Below, piece by piece: positions 11,835 through 26,001 of a stretch of DNA of 64,000 nucleotides. Where the stretch lies: positions 371,995 to 435,994 of the forward strand of contig NW_027192211.1 in NCBI RefSeq assembly GCF_041956535.1, in the 5' to 3' direction. Under the pieces are notes generated by a model. The model made no database searches. It had not been told where the DNA came from and worked only from the letters and a program-made list of their open reading frames with translations. Made by a program: the position numbers and the translations under genes. Source of the stretch: Calcarisporiella thermophila CBS 279.70. Taxonomy: Eukaryota; Fungi; Calcarisporiellomycota. Each line of letters starts with the position of its first letter. Position 1 is the stretch's first letter.

Positions 11835-14800
11835 TCACAATTCCCCTTGCAAGATCAACTCTATACAATTGTTGATGTAGGACTTCTTGCTAGACATTTC
11901 CACGCCGAAATGCGCCGCAAGCTGTTCTCGGACTTGTTTCTTGGTGAGCTGAGTTAGATCGGCGTTCGAAAGCAGCATGCGGATCACCGCCAAAATCTCT
12001 TCGTCGGTCGGTAAAGCTTCGCCTTCATTTGGCGCTTCGGGTTCAATCCCTGGGGGAATGACATGGGACAAATTTTGCGAGTATACGCTGGCAGTTTCTC
12101 GCGAGAAATGCTGGGGGACGCGCGGGATATTTCGTTCATACCGTCGACTCTCAGCGAGCGATTGAGGCCGTCGGGAGCTCACAATTGAATCGCGGGCAGA
12201 ATAGGCGGATCGTTCCGAGTAAATTGAGCGAGCATCACCTGTAATAGACTGGGCTACATTTCGTGCCACGTGGTGCGGCTTGGCCCTGCTCGACCGGTTG
12301 TTTCCACCCCTCTCTTGAGGTCTTCTCTTCGATAGGGATGAGAGCAGCGAGATCCCTGTTTCGTGCGACACGTGAGTTCCCGTCTCCCACAGCTCCTGCT
12401 CGTATTCACTCCACCGCTTGAGGGGAACCATACGCGGATCGAACTTGCCCTCATCCGTCACCATATAACGCTTCCCCTTCTCACCAACGACGACACGCGT
12501 GTTTCCCCACGAAAAGTCGTCAAAATGCCAGAACGCATACAGAGGAATGTAGAAGGAGAAGAAAGGTAAACCAATAATATAAAAAATCATCCATCCAACG
12601 TGCTCCCATTTTCGGCGCAATATGAAGATCACTGCCTGCAGTCCGTACACCGCGATCAACATGATGATGGAGGCCCAGGGGATCAGGGCGTGCGAAGTCG
12701 CGGTGATGTAGATGAGATAGATGAGGTAAACGACGGTGGCAGGCATGACCAGGGTCGCAAACAGGTCCATAAGCACAACGAATCGCATGGAGAAGCAGCA
12801 AATTCCACACAAGTGCCTGAGAAACACTAGTTCCGCAAGATTATGTACAGTGGAGTTGATCCAGCGCCTGCGTTGCGAGAGCAACACTGACCAACGCTCG
12901 GGCGCGTTGGTACGGCAGCGGGCATCTGGGACGAAGCGCAGCTTCATTTTGGGGAACCATTTAATCATGAGGGTTGTGAGGTAGCGATCTTCACCCAGGT
13001 GAAGCAGGTTTTTCTTGTGCAGAGTGTCGACCATATTCTCTCCATAGTCCTCGATGACCTCATCGGATATCAGTAAAGGCTCGGGCTTGGTATCAGGTGT
13101 TCGCAGACGATACATACAAAAGCAGCCGGGCAGACAGGTCACAGACCCGAACAGCGACTCGAATGCTTTCGAGAGGTGATGCGAAATATAATACTCGTAT
13201 ACTTGGATCATGGTCACCCATGATTGTCGCTCATTCGCGAGTGAAGTCTCTCCGCAAAGCCCTATCACCTCCTCCTCCTCTTCGAATTCGGCCATTAGAC
13301 GAGGAACAGAATCCGGGGTCACTTCGGTGTCGGCATCCACCATGAGGACAAATTCGTAGTGTATAGGATCCACGCCGATCACATTTTTCATCTGGTGGTA
13401 GAGCTCAAGTTCGAGGGGTGCCATTGGTCGATCATAGTGTACCTTGTTCAGGAAACGCATCAAAATCATTTGAGAATCACGTTTTCCGCGGTTACCTGGC
13501 CGCTGACGTTCAGAGGGCCGGCCAACCTTGACCACCACCACAAATGGGACCACATGCCCGCTTTTCTCATAAAGACCAGCGTACACTTTGCCCATGTTGT
13601 GTCGTTTGGCCCCTTCTCCCAGGGAGATGAAGCTCAGGGGCTCGGGGTCCACGGAGGGGTCCACGCCAAGAATATCCAATACGATGTGGGGCGTGGGACG
13701 ATCATTCCCAGAGCCAATAATCATTCCGTCACAAATGATGAAGAGGAGCTTTCGTTTATCGTCGTACTTGAGCACAGCGAGCGAGTCGATGGTTCGGCGC
13801 AACGATTCATCGCCTTCTGTATAGCATGGCACTTGCATGATGACGAAACGATCCTGTCCCGGCCATGTCATCGGATCCCCAGAATACCGCCCATCCAGAG
13901 GTAAGGCCGCCAAGAATTTGAACAAGATAACCGAAGCCATCAATGCTGAGATTCCTAGCAAGAGGTAAGCGCCGAACAGACAACCGGCATTTTGACGCTT
14001 ATCCACTTTGCCCACGAAAAACAGATTCTGTAAGCATACGAATTGGCGCTGCTTCACCTTTGGATCAAGCGTAAGCGCCCGCCATTCCTGAGTAATGTCT
14101 TGGCCGGCTTTTTCTCGGAAGAGTGCGACCACCGTGGGATCAATGAAATTAGTATCCGCCGAGGTAGCTTGAGGTTTGGGATCCACAATTTGCAGCTTGC
14201 TCGAGATTGGCATGATTTTCACCCCTCCTCCCAGATAATCGGTCAGATCATAAACGCTGTCATCAATTACCGCCCACCGCCGATTTCCTGACAACGCACT
14301 GCGTGCTCCATCTCTGATCATTTGCATTGTGTAACCCATGTAGCCGAGTCGGTAAGACGCTCGTAGCCTTTCCATTTGGATCCAGTACCAATCGGGCCGG
14401 AAATCATCGTTGATCGCCCGGAAATCATGGAACGCCGTGAATGGATTCGTGGTGTTTTCCGGCTGAAGGACAACCGACGGATGTATTTTCTCATTGATTC
14501 CATCGCATAGAGCGCTCACCTGTACGGGGAAAATGGTGGTCGCATCTTGTCCAGCGAAGCTCATCACTGATTGTCGCGGAATTACAGAGCTTGCTATATG
14601 ATTCGGCGCAAAATCCGTGAGAAAGAATACCTCGCCTCTTATGGCAGTGTAAGCATTGTTCGGGTCACTATGGGCAGCGAGCTCCACCGGTGAGAACACG
14701 TATTGTTTGGGACAGGTAATTTTATCCAATCCGACGATGAAGAATAGCTGCACGGTCATCAGCAGCAGAATCAGAATCACAAGCGCAAGTTTTTCTCGCC

Positions 14801-17617
14801 AAGCCATTTGCACATCCGGCCGGCGCTTTCCGAACATAGAAAGGCATCGGTCTGGGAACGGCCATGTAAGCAGCCACACAATTGAAAGCCAATATTTTCG
14901 TCCAGCGGAAGTTTCGGTGACTTCTTCCATTTCCATATGGGTTTCGGCTTTGTGTGGAAGCATACGATGCAACTCGTACATATCCTGTGCACTACTTGCC
15001 GCGTAGTGCTCCGAAGCATAAAACGATTCTGCATCGATTTGCGACTGATCGTTCTCTGAGATCTGGGAGCGAGCATCGTTACCGCCAGAGTAGAGAGAGG
15101 GTTCCTCTGCGGAACCAGGCATGGACGAACCGGCGACAGAGGTCCCACGGTACATGGAATCAGCATCTACGTCCATAAATTCAAAAAATTAGCACGCGAG
15201 AACGCAACGCTTGGAGGTGAATAGCCATCCAATACCTAGTCGATTTTTCCTTTCTTTTTCAAGATTTCTCAAATTATCTTCCAAATCTAACCATGCGTTT
15301 CCGCTCAGAAACACCTAGGAAAACAAAGCAATAGCTAAATAAGTATGATCGCCTCTCAAATTCAGTTTTATCTAGTGCATTTACTTTTGTTCCTCCAATG
15401 CCCATTTCCTGAGCTGTCCAGCCGAAAATGGATCGAAGGGCCTCACACTTGGTCTTTGGGTTTCTCCCCTCTTCCAGGGTGACTGGGTCCAAAACATCCG
15501 CATATCTTTCCAGGAATTCTTCGTGCTCCAAAGAAATACGATAGCGCGACTGAAATCTTTGGGCAATCGGGGAGAGCCCAAATGCCCGTACCTGGGCGTG
15601 CACGCGCTTCGAGTCGAATGAGGCCGACTGTGAGGCATCATTCGATCGGATACAAAACACATACCACAAAGTCGCTTCTGAAAGCGTTTCAACCAATTTA
15701 TCCGTGACGACTTTCAGTTGAGTGGCGGTGCCTTCCAAGGGACTATCCGACCTTTCTCCGGAATGTTTCTTAACCAACTCGCCAGAGTCCACTTCCACTG
15801 GCGGCTTCTTAGCATGCCGAGTAGATGGCGCTCGTGTCGGCAGACTGGATTGCTGTGCACGCACGATGGATGTTCCGCTGCGAGGATGCGCCTGTGTCGT
15901 TATCGCTTTGCCCCTGAACAGATCCACGACAAAGCTATTTCCAGATGGAGGTCTTTCAGCGTCACCCCGAAATAGTGATACAAAGTCAGCGTCGAGTGCA
16001 TCCATGTTACGCTCAAGGAAGCCTGCTGGATCATAGGTGACAGTTCCGTTGAAATGACGGATTCCAAAAGTGCGAGCAGCAGGTGCAGGAAGGGTTGAGG
16101 GCGAATAGGAGGAATGGTTGTTGTGCGCGTTATCGAACGATATCACCATGCGGTCATCGGAGGTTTGCTGTCGCGTGTGTTCGGTCATAAGGGGTATCAA
16201 TCCTTCGGCAATCAGCTCTACGCACTCGCTATTGTCCGGCCAGGTAATTTCAGGGAGCATCACTCCGTCCTCCGTGCACTCACTAATATCAAATACGCTC
16301 TTGAGGACCAAGTTCTGAATGCGCTCATTAGCAAAATTGAAGCAGAATTGTTCAAATCGGTTGCGTAAGCGATTCTGGAATCCTGGAAAATCGAGTACGC
16401 CGATGAAGTTATCAAAATTCTCTTGACACAGCTTTGAATTCAGGAATTCAACCACCCAGGCAAAGAGGAGCGAATAGAGCCCGCGAGCAAGTTCGTCGCA
16501 CTGATTAGTAGCCTGTTGGGCATCAAGCACCATGGAGATGATATCCTTGTTGAGAAGCTTTGTCTTGTAGGTCAGCACATTTTGCAGCGCATTGACTTCC
16601 ACCCCGAGCAAGTCTGCAACAAATTCAAGTATATCCATATTTTTAACGGTGGCAGGCTCGTCCTGTGCAGTACTATCGATAAAGTGGATATTGCCAAGAT
16701 GCAATATTGCTGCAAGTACGCGGTAGATGTGGGCAATCTGGCGCGATCGGAGCCCCAAGGAACGCATGGCCTCTTTGGTCTTCACATAGCCTAGTGCATC
16801 GTCAATTCCTGGCGTCTGTACAACTCGTCCCATATTGGTATATCGAAAATTTTCAGGACCTTCTAGGTGGAGATGAGTGGTTTCATCAGCTGATGCTCCC
16901 GCTAACAAATAATAGAAAATGTTGAAGTTGCGTTCATGCTCTGCCACTTGGACAACGCGGGACTTTTCAAGCATATAGTCAAGTGTTTTTGCTCCGATCA
17001 TCCGGCCTCTTGCATTGAATTGAATCTCCATGAAGCGCCCAAACCGTGAAGCATTAAGATTCTGCAGCGTAACTGCACTTCCAAGTGACTCAAGCACGGT
17101 TGTGCTATGTAGAATTTGTTCGCTAACTTTGTTGGACTTTTTGTGATGAGCACTCAGTGCGCTTAGCTGTCGCAGAATGCGTTTGAATGACTCAGTTTTA
17201 CCACTACCAGATTCACCACTAGATATAATAAAAAAATAAAGCATTTCATGCCAGTTAGTCAAACTGTGGCAGTAGAAAAGGATCAGAGCAGTAATACTTT
17301 AATATAATCGCTTGATAAAATCCAGATCGTCGCATGTGCATGTACGCGTGAGTCGCCAATTGATAAACATGAGGTGCTAACACTGGCCTTGGGCTCGAAA
17401 GGTTCCTGTAATCATCCACGTATGCCTGCATAAGCTCATCATTACTAGATCCTATTGCGGACCCATTTTTGTATGGATTTACTGCCACTATGGCAGCATC
17501 GCCAATGCTCGTATAAATCACATCACGCTGAAAACGCTCTCGTATTAGTGCAACAATATCGCTGTCGGATATTGAGGGTAAAAGGCAAAGATCTTGGATT
17601 TCTCTTTGCGATGTCAT
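11835..17617 (-). CDS. Class V chitin synthase with N-terminal myosin motor, cytochrome-b5-like region and C-terminal DEK domain
   Basis: Myosin P-loop GESGSGKT, NASRFG and LDFPGF; GT2 motifs PGNRGKRDSQ, MVDADT, SVTCLPGCF, LGEDRYLTTL and SQRRRW; DEK_C (LPTDEEILAVIRMLLSNADLTQLTKKQVR). Three short introns are resolved. Confidence 0.97.
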
Positions 17618-19276
17618 TGCGCTGATGTAGGTGAAATATCAGTACACACCAAAGTATGAGGGAATATAAAAATGGACGCAATACCTTTTTTAGCGAATTA
17701 AGCGAGGCGACAGGCAAAGATATTAATATAATAACTAAAGTATGAGAAGGGAATGGTAATCTAAAAACAAGTAATGCAGCTAATGAAAAGTATAGGGATC
17801 CAACATAAGGTAGAAAGATATAGAATGAAGTATAGTGAAAAATAGCTTGAAAGTTTGTTCTATTTTTACTTTGGTGCCATAGAAAAGCATTCAATGTTTG
17901 TGTCTAAACAACTAAAGGAGGAATCGATGGACCTATTATAAAAAAAAGAGAACAAGAATTACGGATGTAAATAAAGAGAGGATGTCCAGCAAAAATGTAC
18001 TGATTGATTGGGAGGGGTAATTCTTAGTATCTCATCGATGAACAAGATGGGAAAGTCTCAGCAAAAATTAAAAATAATCGATGGACTGCGACTCAATTGG
18101 TTCGAGCCAAAGAGTTTCAAAGAGTTTTATTGTTAGCCTCCTCAAAAGAAATCGAATTTAGAATTTTTCCAAGAGATGTTATGATTGTCATCATAAAACT
18201 TCCCATCCAGATGGCAAGCTATCTTTCTTTCTCTCTTGCGCAAATGGGGCATTTTTTCATTTTATAGAGCCATAGAGAGTATAATTACATTCCTCACTAA
18301 CAGTGATATTCATTCAATTGCATTATTCATTATAATAAACTCTGTAATGAATTTACTCCGTTCAAGTGGTTACCCGCGGCTTGTATAGTAGATACCTCCA
18401 AGGTGGGAAAATAATACGAATAATTATGCTCGAGCATGGTAGAAATCACAAGTATATAGGCAATATGTCAATGCCACACACTATTGTCTCTTTGATCGAT
18501 CCAGATGGCGTTGATATTTGGCTGTGCTGATTCAGACGATCACCCACACTAATTTTTCAAGGGCAATGCATAGATGCCGCCATTTTTACTGATTGGATTG
18601 ACGATATATTGTAGATTCCATGTTCATTAAAAATTACAGATTCCTCAATTTTACGGTTCCGGAGAATTGAGAAATTATCCATAAAGCATTTCCAAATACC
18701 AAATATTTATCCTGTACCCACCCAGTTGTACACCAATAAGCCACATCGATTCCTATCTCCCGGTTACTAAGAATATGATGAAACCTCAATGGGTTGCAAA
18801 AGAAAACGAAAATAGCCTCAAGAGAACTTATATAGATAGCCACGCAAATCGTCATTACATTAGCCTGTGTGTATTCAACTAAAGAAACTTGATTGCATGC
18901 GACATCAATGGGTTCAATGGCGGCCAGATGGGGCTGCCAAAAAGCTACTATTGTTAATTTTAAAAATGAGAGCGCATAAAATTACAAAATATCCAAGTAG
19001 TTTAAGATACATTAATCCCGGATCTATTACATATTATAACATAAACAATATGCATTAATAAAATCCAATATCTTTTTCTCTTACAAAAGCTTGCAAAAAA
19101 TCTTGATATGAAAGTACGATATTAACCGCATATTAATGTTTAAAATTGGGTTAAATTTTACTGAGTAATTGGGGTTAGTTAGGAGTTTCGTGACTTCTAA
19201 CGCGTTATTAGTTTCTACTAAATTTTTGCTAGAAATTAATACAATTCGCCTATACCGTCTGGAGGGTTTACTCTGC

Positions 19277-22200
19277 ATGAATAACCGCAATAACAGGACA
19301 ATTCTCGCCGATCTTTCTGCTGACATCCTGGAAGATGGATTCGAATCTTCAGATTCTGATGTATAACGTTTTTCTCTTATAAACTAACCTTCTAGACTCG
19401 TGTCCCTGACATCCAATGCCTTTTTTATTATATTCTTTAGGACATTGTGGAAGTTCAACCAGCAAGTCAGAGAATCGGGCGGCCACCGAATGCAAAAATG
19501 TATCTCGATCCATCTCCAGAAAGTAAAGGCGCATTATGTCTGGCAAACCATCAATATTGGACTCACCACAATCTCAGCAACACGACTTCACTAAATAGTA
19601 ATGTATAATTTTGATCAAATTTGCTCAAACTAACTATTTTAATATTCTTGTGCATAGCCACGACTGATTTTGATATCGACAACCCATGCTCGCTATCACC
19701 ACTTCTGGCACGAGACGAGCACAATAAGTTAGGGGGAATGTTTGATGCTCCACTTTTACGCTGCTATATTGAAGAAATCGATGTTCTAAGGGAAATCTTG
19801 TTCATGCTATGTGGACGACCAGGATTACTATTTACGATTTCAGATGCCATTGATGTCGATAGTTGTTCTAGTCATATTAAGGTAAGCTATTTCTTCACCT
19901 TGAACTTTCCTTCTTGTCTACAAAATTTTTTTTTATAGATAACACTAAATGCATCTCTGACACATTTAAGCGTGTCTTCACTGCAGTCCATTCTCGAGAA
20001 ATTTCGTGAGCATGGAAATAATTTACAACAAATCAGAATATTTATCAAATGGTAGCCATACAGACATTCTAACAAATTTGGTTTTAATAACTACACCATT
20101 TTGTTAACTTCGCCTTTAGGGCATGTGCTTCTAATATCCAAACCTGCCCTAAAACGATCCAAGCATTTGCGTCAGCTTTACATGAATGGATCTGGAGTTT
20201 TCAGCGTAAATTGTCGACTAAAGAGCTTCGATATCGTAAATTTTATAGGCCTCCGAAAGAGATAGGTATCCCAATTTCTTCTTCTCATCCCTTCCCATTC
20301 AACATAATGTATGGAATTTCAATATATTTTATTTAATTTTAGGCGATTCTTACGCGTCCTTAACTGAGCTTGGATATTCTCTCGAGTCAGACTTTTTCTT
20401 CATTAAAGAGGTTTTTCAGATAGTCTCACAAATATTGCCATCTGGCACGTAAAAAAATTAATTGAATGCTGTAAGATTGTATCATTAATGCTAGTTGAAA
20501 AATTTTTAGCTTCATTGATCCTCCAGTCCAATCCAGCCAAAACATGCGAAGTCCTTTTATCTTCACTCCATGAACGCGCTATTCTAGCACAAGCGGCAAA
20601 TGACTACACCATTTTCGCGAGGCTTGTCTGGCTTTTACAAAAGTCGTTGAGTCCAATCTTTGAGATGATAGAGAAGTGGACTCATTGCGGGATACTTGAT
20701 GATCCAGCCGAAGAGTTCCCAATATTAAGGTAATCCTATTCAGGCGGATTACAGACACAGAGTAGATTTAACTTCACCTTTTATGCAGAGATGCGTCAAT
20801 TGAACAACGATCGCCTCAATATTGGGAGAGGGCATACAAATTGCGGATTGGAGTCGGGGATGGAGGAAGCGCTGCTCCTACCTTTTTAAAGTCTTTTATG
20901 TCTAAAGTATTGTTCACGGGTAAAGCTGTGCGTCTTCTTCGTCTCATTGAGGGCGAGGGCGCTAGTTTACCATTGGTAGGATTATAATCAGAAATAAGCT
21001 TTATCCCAAATTTCGTTCTAATACTTTTTTTTCCCGATATCAGCCAGGGGATGCTGGCGCACCTTGGGGCGAAAATAAGGAAAATGGTGAAGAGAAGGAT
21101 CAAAACCAAGGCGCATGGGAACATTTTCTCTCGACGGGTAAGGTTGCGACTCTCCCTCTCAATACGACATCTTCGCTCCATGTGAGAAGCAATGATGCGC
21201 CGCCTGTGATGCCACAGGAGAATGCAACCTATGTCTCCTCCCATTTTCCTCTATTGCAGGACCAGACTTGTGCTCGTAAAATTGACAATAGCACATCGCA
21301 GATCGAGGCGGTTATCGAACAACTCTCTGCGCTTGGTGAAGATATGGTCCCATTTGATCGGCGTTTTGCTCGCTGGCTCGAAGACCGCATAAGAGATCAA
21401 TACGAACATGCTGGACGTGGACTCATCTTCGCTCTACGAGAGCGATGTGGATTCCAGGCAGACGCGGAGGGGCTTGCAGGAGTATACTTGATGGTACACG
21501 GCGAAATCATGCACCGGTTCCTAGAGGCGCTATTTTTGAAGGTAAGCCACTTATTTGATGGGCCGCTATACTTCCCCCCCCCCTCCCCTCTTCCCATGCT
21601 GAGCATCTCAAACCTGATTTGTGCCAGATCGACAAAAGGCAGCCGTGGTACGACCCGCACATCCTTAACAACCTATTTCTAGACATTGCATCAGGGTGCT
21701 ACTGCCCATGGCTGCTAAGAGATTCTGTAGGGTTCTGGGTGCAGCCAATGCGCGGCAAGCTGGTACAACATGTGCGAGCCCGAGATCCGAGTGTACAACG
21801 CATCGAGAGTGTGCGGATATTCGGAAATCTCACATTAGACTATCAGGTACAGGCTTTTTCATGACTTGGAACCCTGTCACATTTCTGATTTTTTACATCA
21901 ATCAAAACGAACAGGTTCGCTGGCCAAATAATATTTTGCTGCGTGCCGACACCATACCCTACTATAAACGGCTGTTCACACTGGTTGTCCAGATCAAATG
22001 GGTGAAACATGTGCTGGAGCGCATAGACTACCTTAAAGGTGGACGCCAGCACCCCATCCTCCAAGATGAGGCAGGAAAAGAGTTGGTCTTGTTTTATTCC
22101 ATTCGATTGCGTCTGATGTGGTTCATTAATGCATTTTACAACCATGTCATGACCACCGTGCGTATTCTCGCTTAATGATTGTATTGCTTCTGGCAAGGGG

Positions 22201-23045
22201 GATGCAGAGCCATTGACCAATACGTGTTTTGAATAGATACTGAGCTCTGAAACGCGACGGTTTAATTCGCAAATTCAATCCGTGTTTGATATAGACGACA
22301 TCATATCACTGCACGAGCGTTATATCCGACGATGTCACGATAGATGTCTGTTGGGCGATAAGGTAAATAAGCTCGAAATAGACAAATGGGTGGCTTGTTA
22401 GTGACACTCCATCTCGGACAATAAGGTTGCCCCTATCCTGGATGCAATCCTCAATGTATTTGATCTTGCGATCCGTTTTTCGCGACTTTTTGAAAGACAT
22501 CTCCTTGGCCAAGATGCTTCTCGCAGCGGCAATGTAAGCATGCTGGCGAGATCTTGGATTGGTAACTCGCTTCTCCTTCACACATCTCCGTTGAGAAGAC
22601 GCCTACGTAGAAGAGGCGGGGAGGAAGAAGATACCGATGATGACGACGAGTCTTACGAGGAAGATGCATCTGAGGATGAAAGCGAAGCAGAAGATGCAGG
22701 GCAGGAGGAGGAGGAAGAGGAAAGAGTGGAGGAAAAGGAGCGGGGAAATGCACGGGAAATATCTGGCGGCATCCAAGACGACTCTAGCTGGGCAGAAGTG
22801 GATGGGGCACTTGCTTTTCGAAAAGGGCTAAAGCATATTCATAAGCGATTAGAGAGGGCCGAGGAGTTTGTGAGTGGGAGTCTGAGGGCTCTAGCAAAGA
22901 ACCGCGGGATTGACTGGCGTAAGTGACGATGGAGGAGATTATTCCGGAGTTGCAAACGTGCAAGGATATTTTATATTCACGAGGTTTTCTTTTGCTTTTT
23001 TTGCTAGTGGAGGCGCTCGCATTCTCCCTAACCCCGTCGAATTGA
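19277..23045 (+). CDS. Gamma-tubulin complex component (Spc97/Spc98 family), most like GCP5
   Basis: QYW..., EIDVLREILFMLCG, KTIQAFASAL, WTHCGILDDPAEEF, LDYQVRWPNNIL...YKRLFTLVVQIKWVK, RLRLMWFINAFYNHVMT, DIDDIISLHERY...DRCLL, ending DWLEALAFSL. Many introns. Confidence 0.85.
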
Positions 23046-23856
23046 CCGTAATTCTTCACTATACCTTTTTCGGCTTCGCGTGGACAAAAATGAATACTTT
23101 CTCCAGACTCTGGCTGACTTTCCTGCTTGGATTCATTAGTTTTCATTGTGCTACCTTCTCTGCTCATCCGCGGTGGAGTGGGACCGCAATAGCGGAGAGT
23201 AGTGTGAGCGGCGCGTGTCCTGGTAGCCGAGAATGGAAGAGACTACCAATGGCATCCCTGTGACTATACAGTCCACAGTCTGAAAGTGTTGAGGAGTACT
23301 TAATTTTCTCTATAAGCGCAGCTCTAGAAATCATTTTCCTACCCTGTGCCCGATACAAGCTCAGGTTCAATCTCTGGAGGTAGAAGCTTCCTTCTTCTGC
23401 ACAAGATAATTTAGCTGGGACTGGCGGAGAGTCAATGGCAAGACTCAATTTTACCCAAGCACATGGATCCCTTAAAGCACACATATATAAATAGATTTAT
23501 GTTTTATAAGTGTATTTACATAGATGCGTGGATTTATATTTATTTGGGTGGTTGCGACTTCTGTACCATTCCCCCTTGACGTTACTCTTTTTTGTTATTT
23601 GGGAGGAAACTAAGCTTGAGCCAACAAGAGCCGAGAAATCGCCTCTAATAAAAGTTCTGGGTATACTTTTACGCTTTTCATCCTAATACGTCATTATGAA
23701 ATTGGCATCATTATTGATCATCGTAGCGTTACACAATCGATGCAACCGGGTCTTATAATCTATATTCCGAAACTCGATTGACAAAATCGTTGGTAGGAAC
23801 ACTGCTTTCTTATTCAGTTCCCACGTTCGCTCGTCGAGATATTCCCCCTCGCAGTC

Positions 23857-26001
23857 ATGTACAAGGAGAAAACAGATACGAGCAGCAAGTCTACCGAAAG
23901 CCAATTTGAGAACCATGTTGCGGAATTGCTTGTCGATGCTACATTAGAGGAGGAGCGCCGGCTAGTACGAAAGCTCGATCTTCGCTTAATTCCGTTTCTC
24001 GTATGAATATCCCCACTAGTTCGCTTCATCTGAAGTTGTGCCTAAATTTGCATCCCTTTTGATCCACTTTAGGCCCTTCTTTATCTCCTTTCATTCCTAG
24101 ACCGTATCAACCTAGGTATGTGGTATGGAAGTGGGCGACCTTTCTGTGTCGTGAGCTAAGACAATGTTATACTAGGGAATGCAAAACTCGACACCATTGA
24201 GAGCGACCTCAACACCACCGGAGCAGAGTTCAACTGGGCCCTTTCCATTTTTTTTATTGGCTATATCCTCTTCGAGGTACCATCCAACGTCTTTCTTAAG
24301 ATAGTAGGGCCGCGAAGGTGGGTATTCCCTCTCTCCTCAATCATGCAATACTCTAACACATCTTCTCTTTGGCACCTTATCCATAGATGGCTGCCCCTTG
24401 TGATGATAGCGTGGGGGACTGTAATGATGGCTATGTCTGCCGTTCAAAATGCGACCGGCCTCCTAATTGCTCGCTTTTTCTTGGGTGTTACCGAAAGCGG
24501 TCTCTTCCCGGGAATTATTTTTTACCTATCCCTATGGTAGAGCTATTGAAAATCGTTTGTGAAAATGCCGCTCTCTAAACGCATGTAACCATTTCGCAGG
24601 TATACAAGAAACGAACAAACAATTAGAATCTCTCTCTTCTTTGCGGCTGCCACCATCTCGGTAAGGCGGAACTTCAAGGTTTCAAATACACGTAGATGTT
24701 GACCACCTGTCTATAGGGTGCTTTTGGCGGCGTGCTTGCCTACGGAATCATTCAAATGGCTGGCATCCAAGGGCTGAAAGGTTGGCAATGGTATATATTG
24801 CTCTCGATAGCCCGTCCTTTTGCTCCGTCACTAACCCTTGATTGTACTCACAGGATTTTTATATTGGAGGGTCTCCCGACCATTCTTGTGGCCATCGTAT
24901 CCTATTTTTACTTGCCTGGTAAGTGATCTCATTTTTGTAGGAAGAATGTTCCTCCCAATTCAAATTTTCTCATTTTCTTTCAGATTTTCCCGAGAACTCG
25001 AGATTCTTGAATGCTCGAGAAAAGCTGCTCTGTGTTTCTCGATTGAAAAAAGACGGCAGGCAGGAGGGGAAGGTGAAATTTTCGTGGCACCAGTTTTTCA
25101 TGGTACTCAAAGACTGGAAAATTCCAATGCATATGCTTATCTACATCACCACAAGTATTCCGCTCTACTCGCTCTCACTCTTCTTGCCCAGCATCATCAA
25201 CCAACTTGGGTTCAAAGAGTATGTATAACCAGTATCTTCCTGGCTGATCCACACCTGGTGCTGATCATTCTAACCCTCTCCACTAGTAAACTAACCGCCC
25301 AGTTAATGTCCGCGCCTCCGGCACGTATACTCAGAGTTTTTGAATTCGGCGTGTCCGAGGCGACTTACCCTGTTTCTTTTTACTTTGTAGTATGTCATTG
25401 CTTGTCTTTTTTGCGTGCTTACAGCGATTTCGGCTGACAGAAACTGCGAACGTGGTCTCCACGTTGCTATTCCGTCACTCGTGGGATGCATCGGTAAGGC
25501 AATCTCTTCATTTCATATTTGCTACTGCTCTCCTCTCATTGCCATCATCACCCCCCCCCCCCCCATCGCCACCTTTCTCCAGGCTATATTCTCTTGGTGG
25601 CGTTGCAGCCATATGGTGCCGTGAGTCTCTACATAGCGACCATCATCACCACTACGGGCGTTTTCTCCACCGTGCCTGCCATGCTCTCCTGGTTCACCTG
25701 TAACATTGGGGGGCAAACTAAGCGCGCGGTGGCCTCTGCTGCCATCATTGCTTTTGGAAATATAGGTGGTGCGATTGGTGGCCAAATATACCGCGAGGAC
25801 GACAAGGCCAGCGGATATATTCGCGGTCACATCATCTGTATGAGCTGCCTGTTTGTTGCCTTTATTGCTTGCTGTTTGTTCAAGTGGCTGCTTATTCGTG
25901 AGAATGGGCGGCGCGACCGTCTTACCCCGGAGGAGTATGCCCGTGAAGCGGCGGGGGAGGACTTGTGTGATTGGCACCCCGACTTTCGTTATATTTCGTG
26001 A
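23857..26001 (+). CDS. MFS transporter, anion:cation symporter / allantoate permease family (Tna1/Dal5-like)
   Basis: ERRLVRKLDLRLIP, SFLDRINLGNA, FFIGYILFEVPSN, ARFFLGVTESGLFPG, GWQWIFILEGLPT, GNIGGAIG, terminal DWHPDFRY. Confidence 0.92.

Noticed and set aside
11977-16925. Numerous plus-strand ORFs antisense to chitin synthase, and similar shadow ORFs over other GC-rich genes
   Set aside because: They have no recognisable motifs and are expected by-products of codon bias on the opposite strand.
17618-19276. A head-to-head class VII chitin synthase partner, or a hAT-like remnant (FWQPHLAAIEPIDVACNQ, about 18940-18890, minus strand)
   Set aside because: No second chitin synthase is present. 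The transposase resemblance is too short and no terminal repeats were found.
20266-20365. Possible U12-type intron (GTATCC donor, TCCTTAAC downstream)
   Set aside because: The donor is GTATCCCA, not GTATCCTT. The TCCTTAAC lies in the next coding exon (YASLTEL), and a normal U2 acceptor keeps the frame.
23090-23290. Short signal-peptide-like ORF and small hairpins downstream of GCP5
   Set aside because: It overlaps the expected 3' UTR and has no recognisable ncRNA or protein motifs. Hairpins this short arise by chance.
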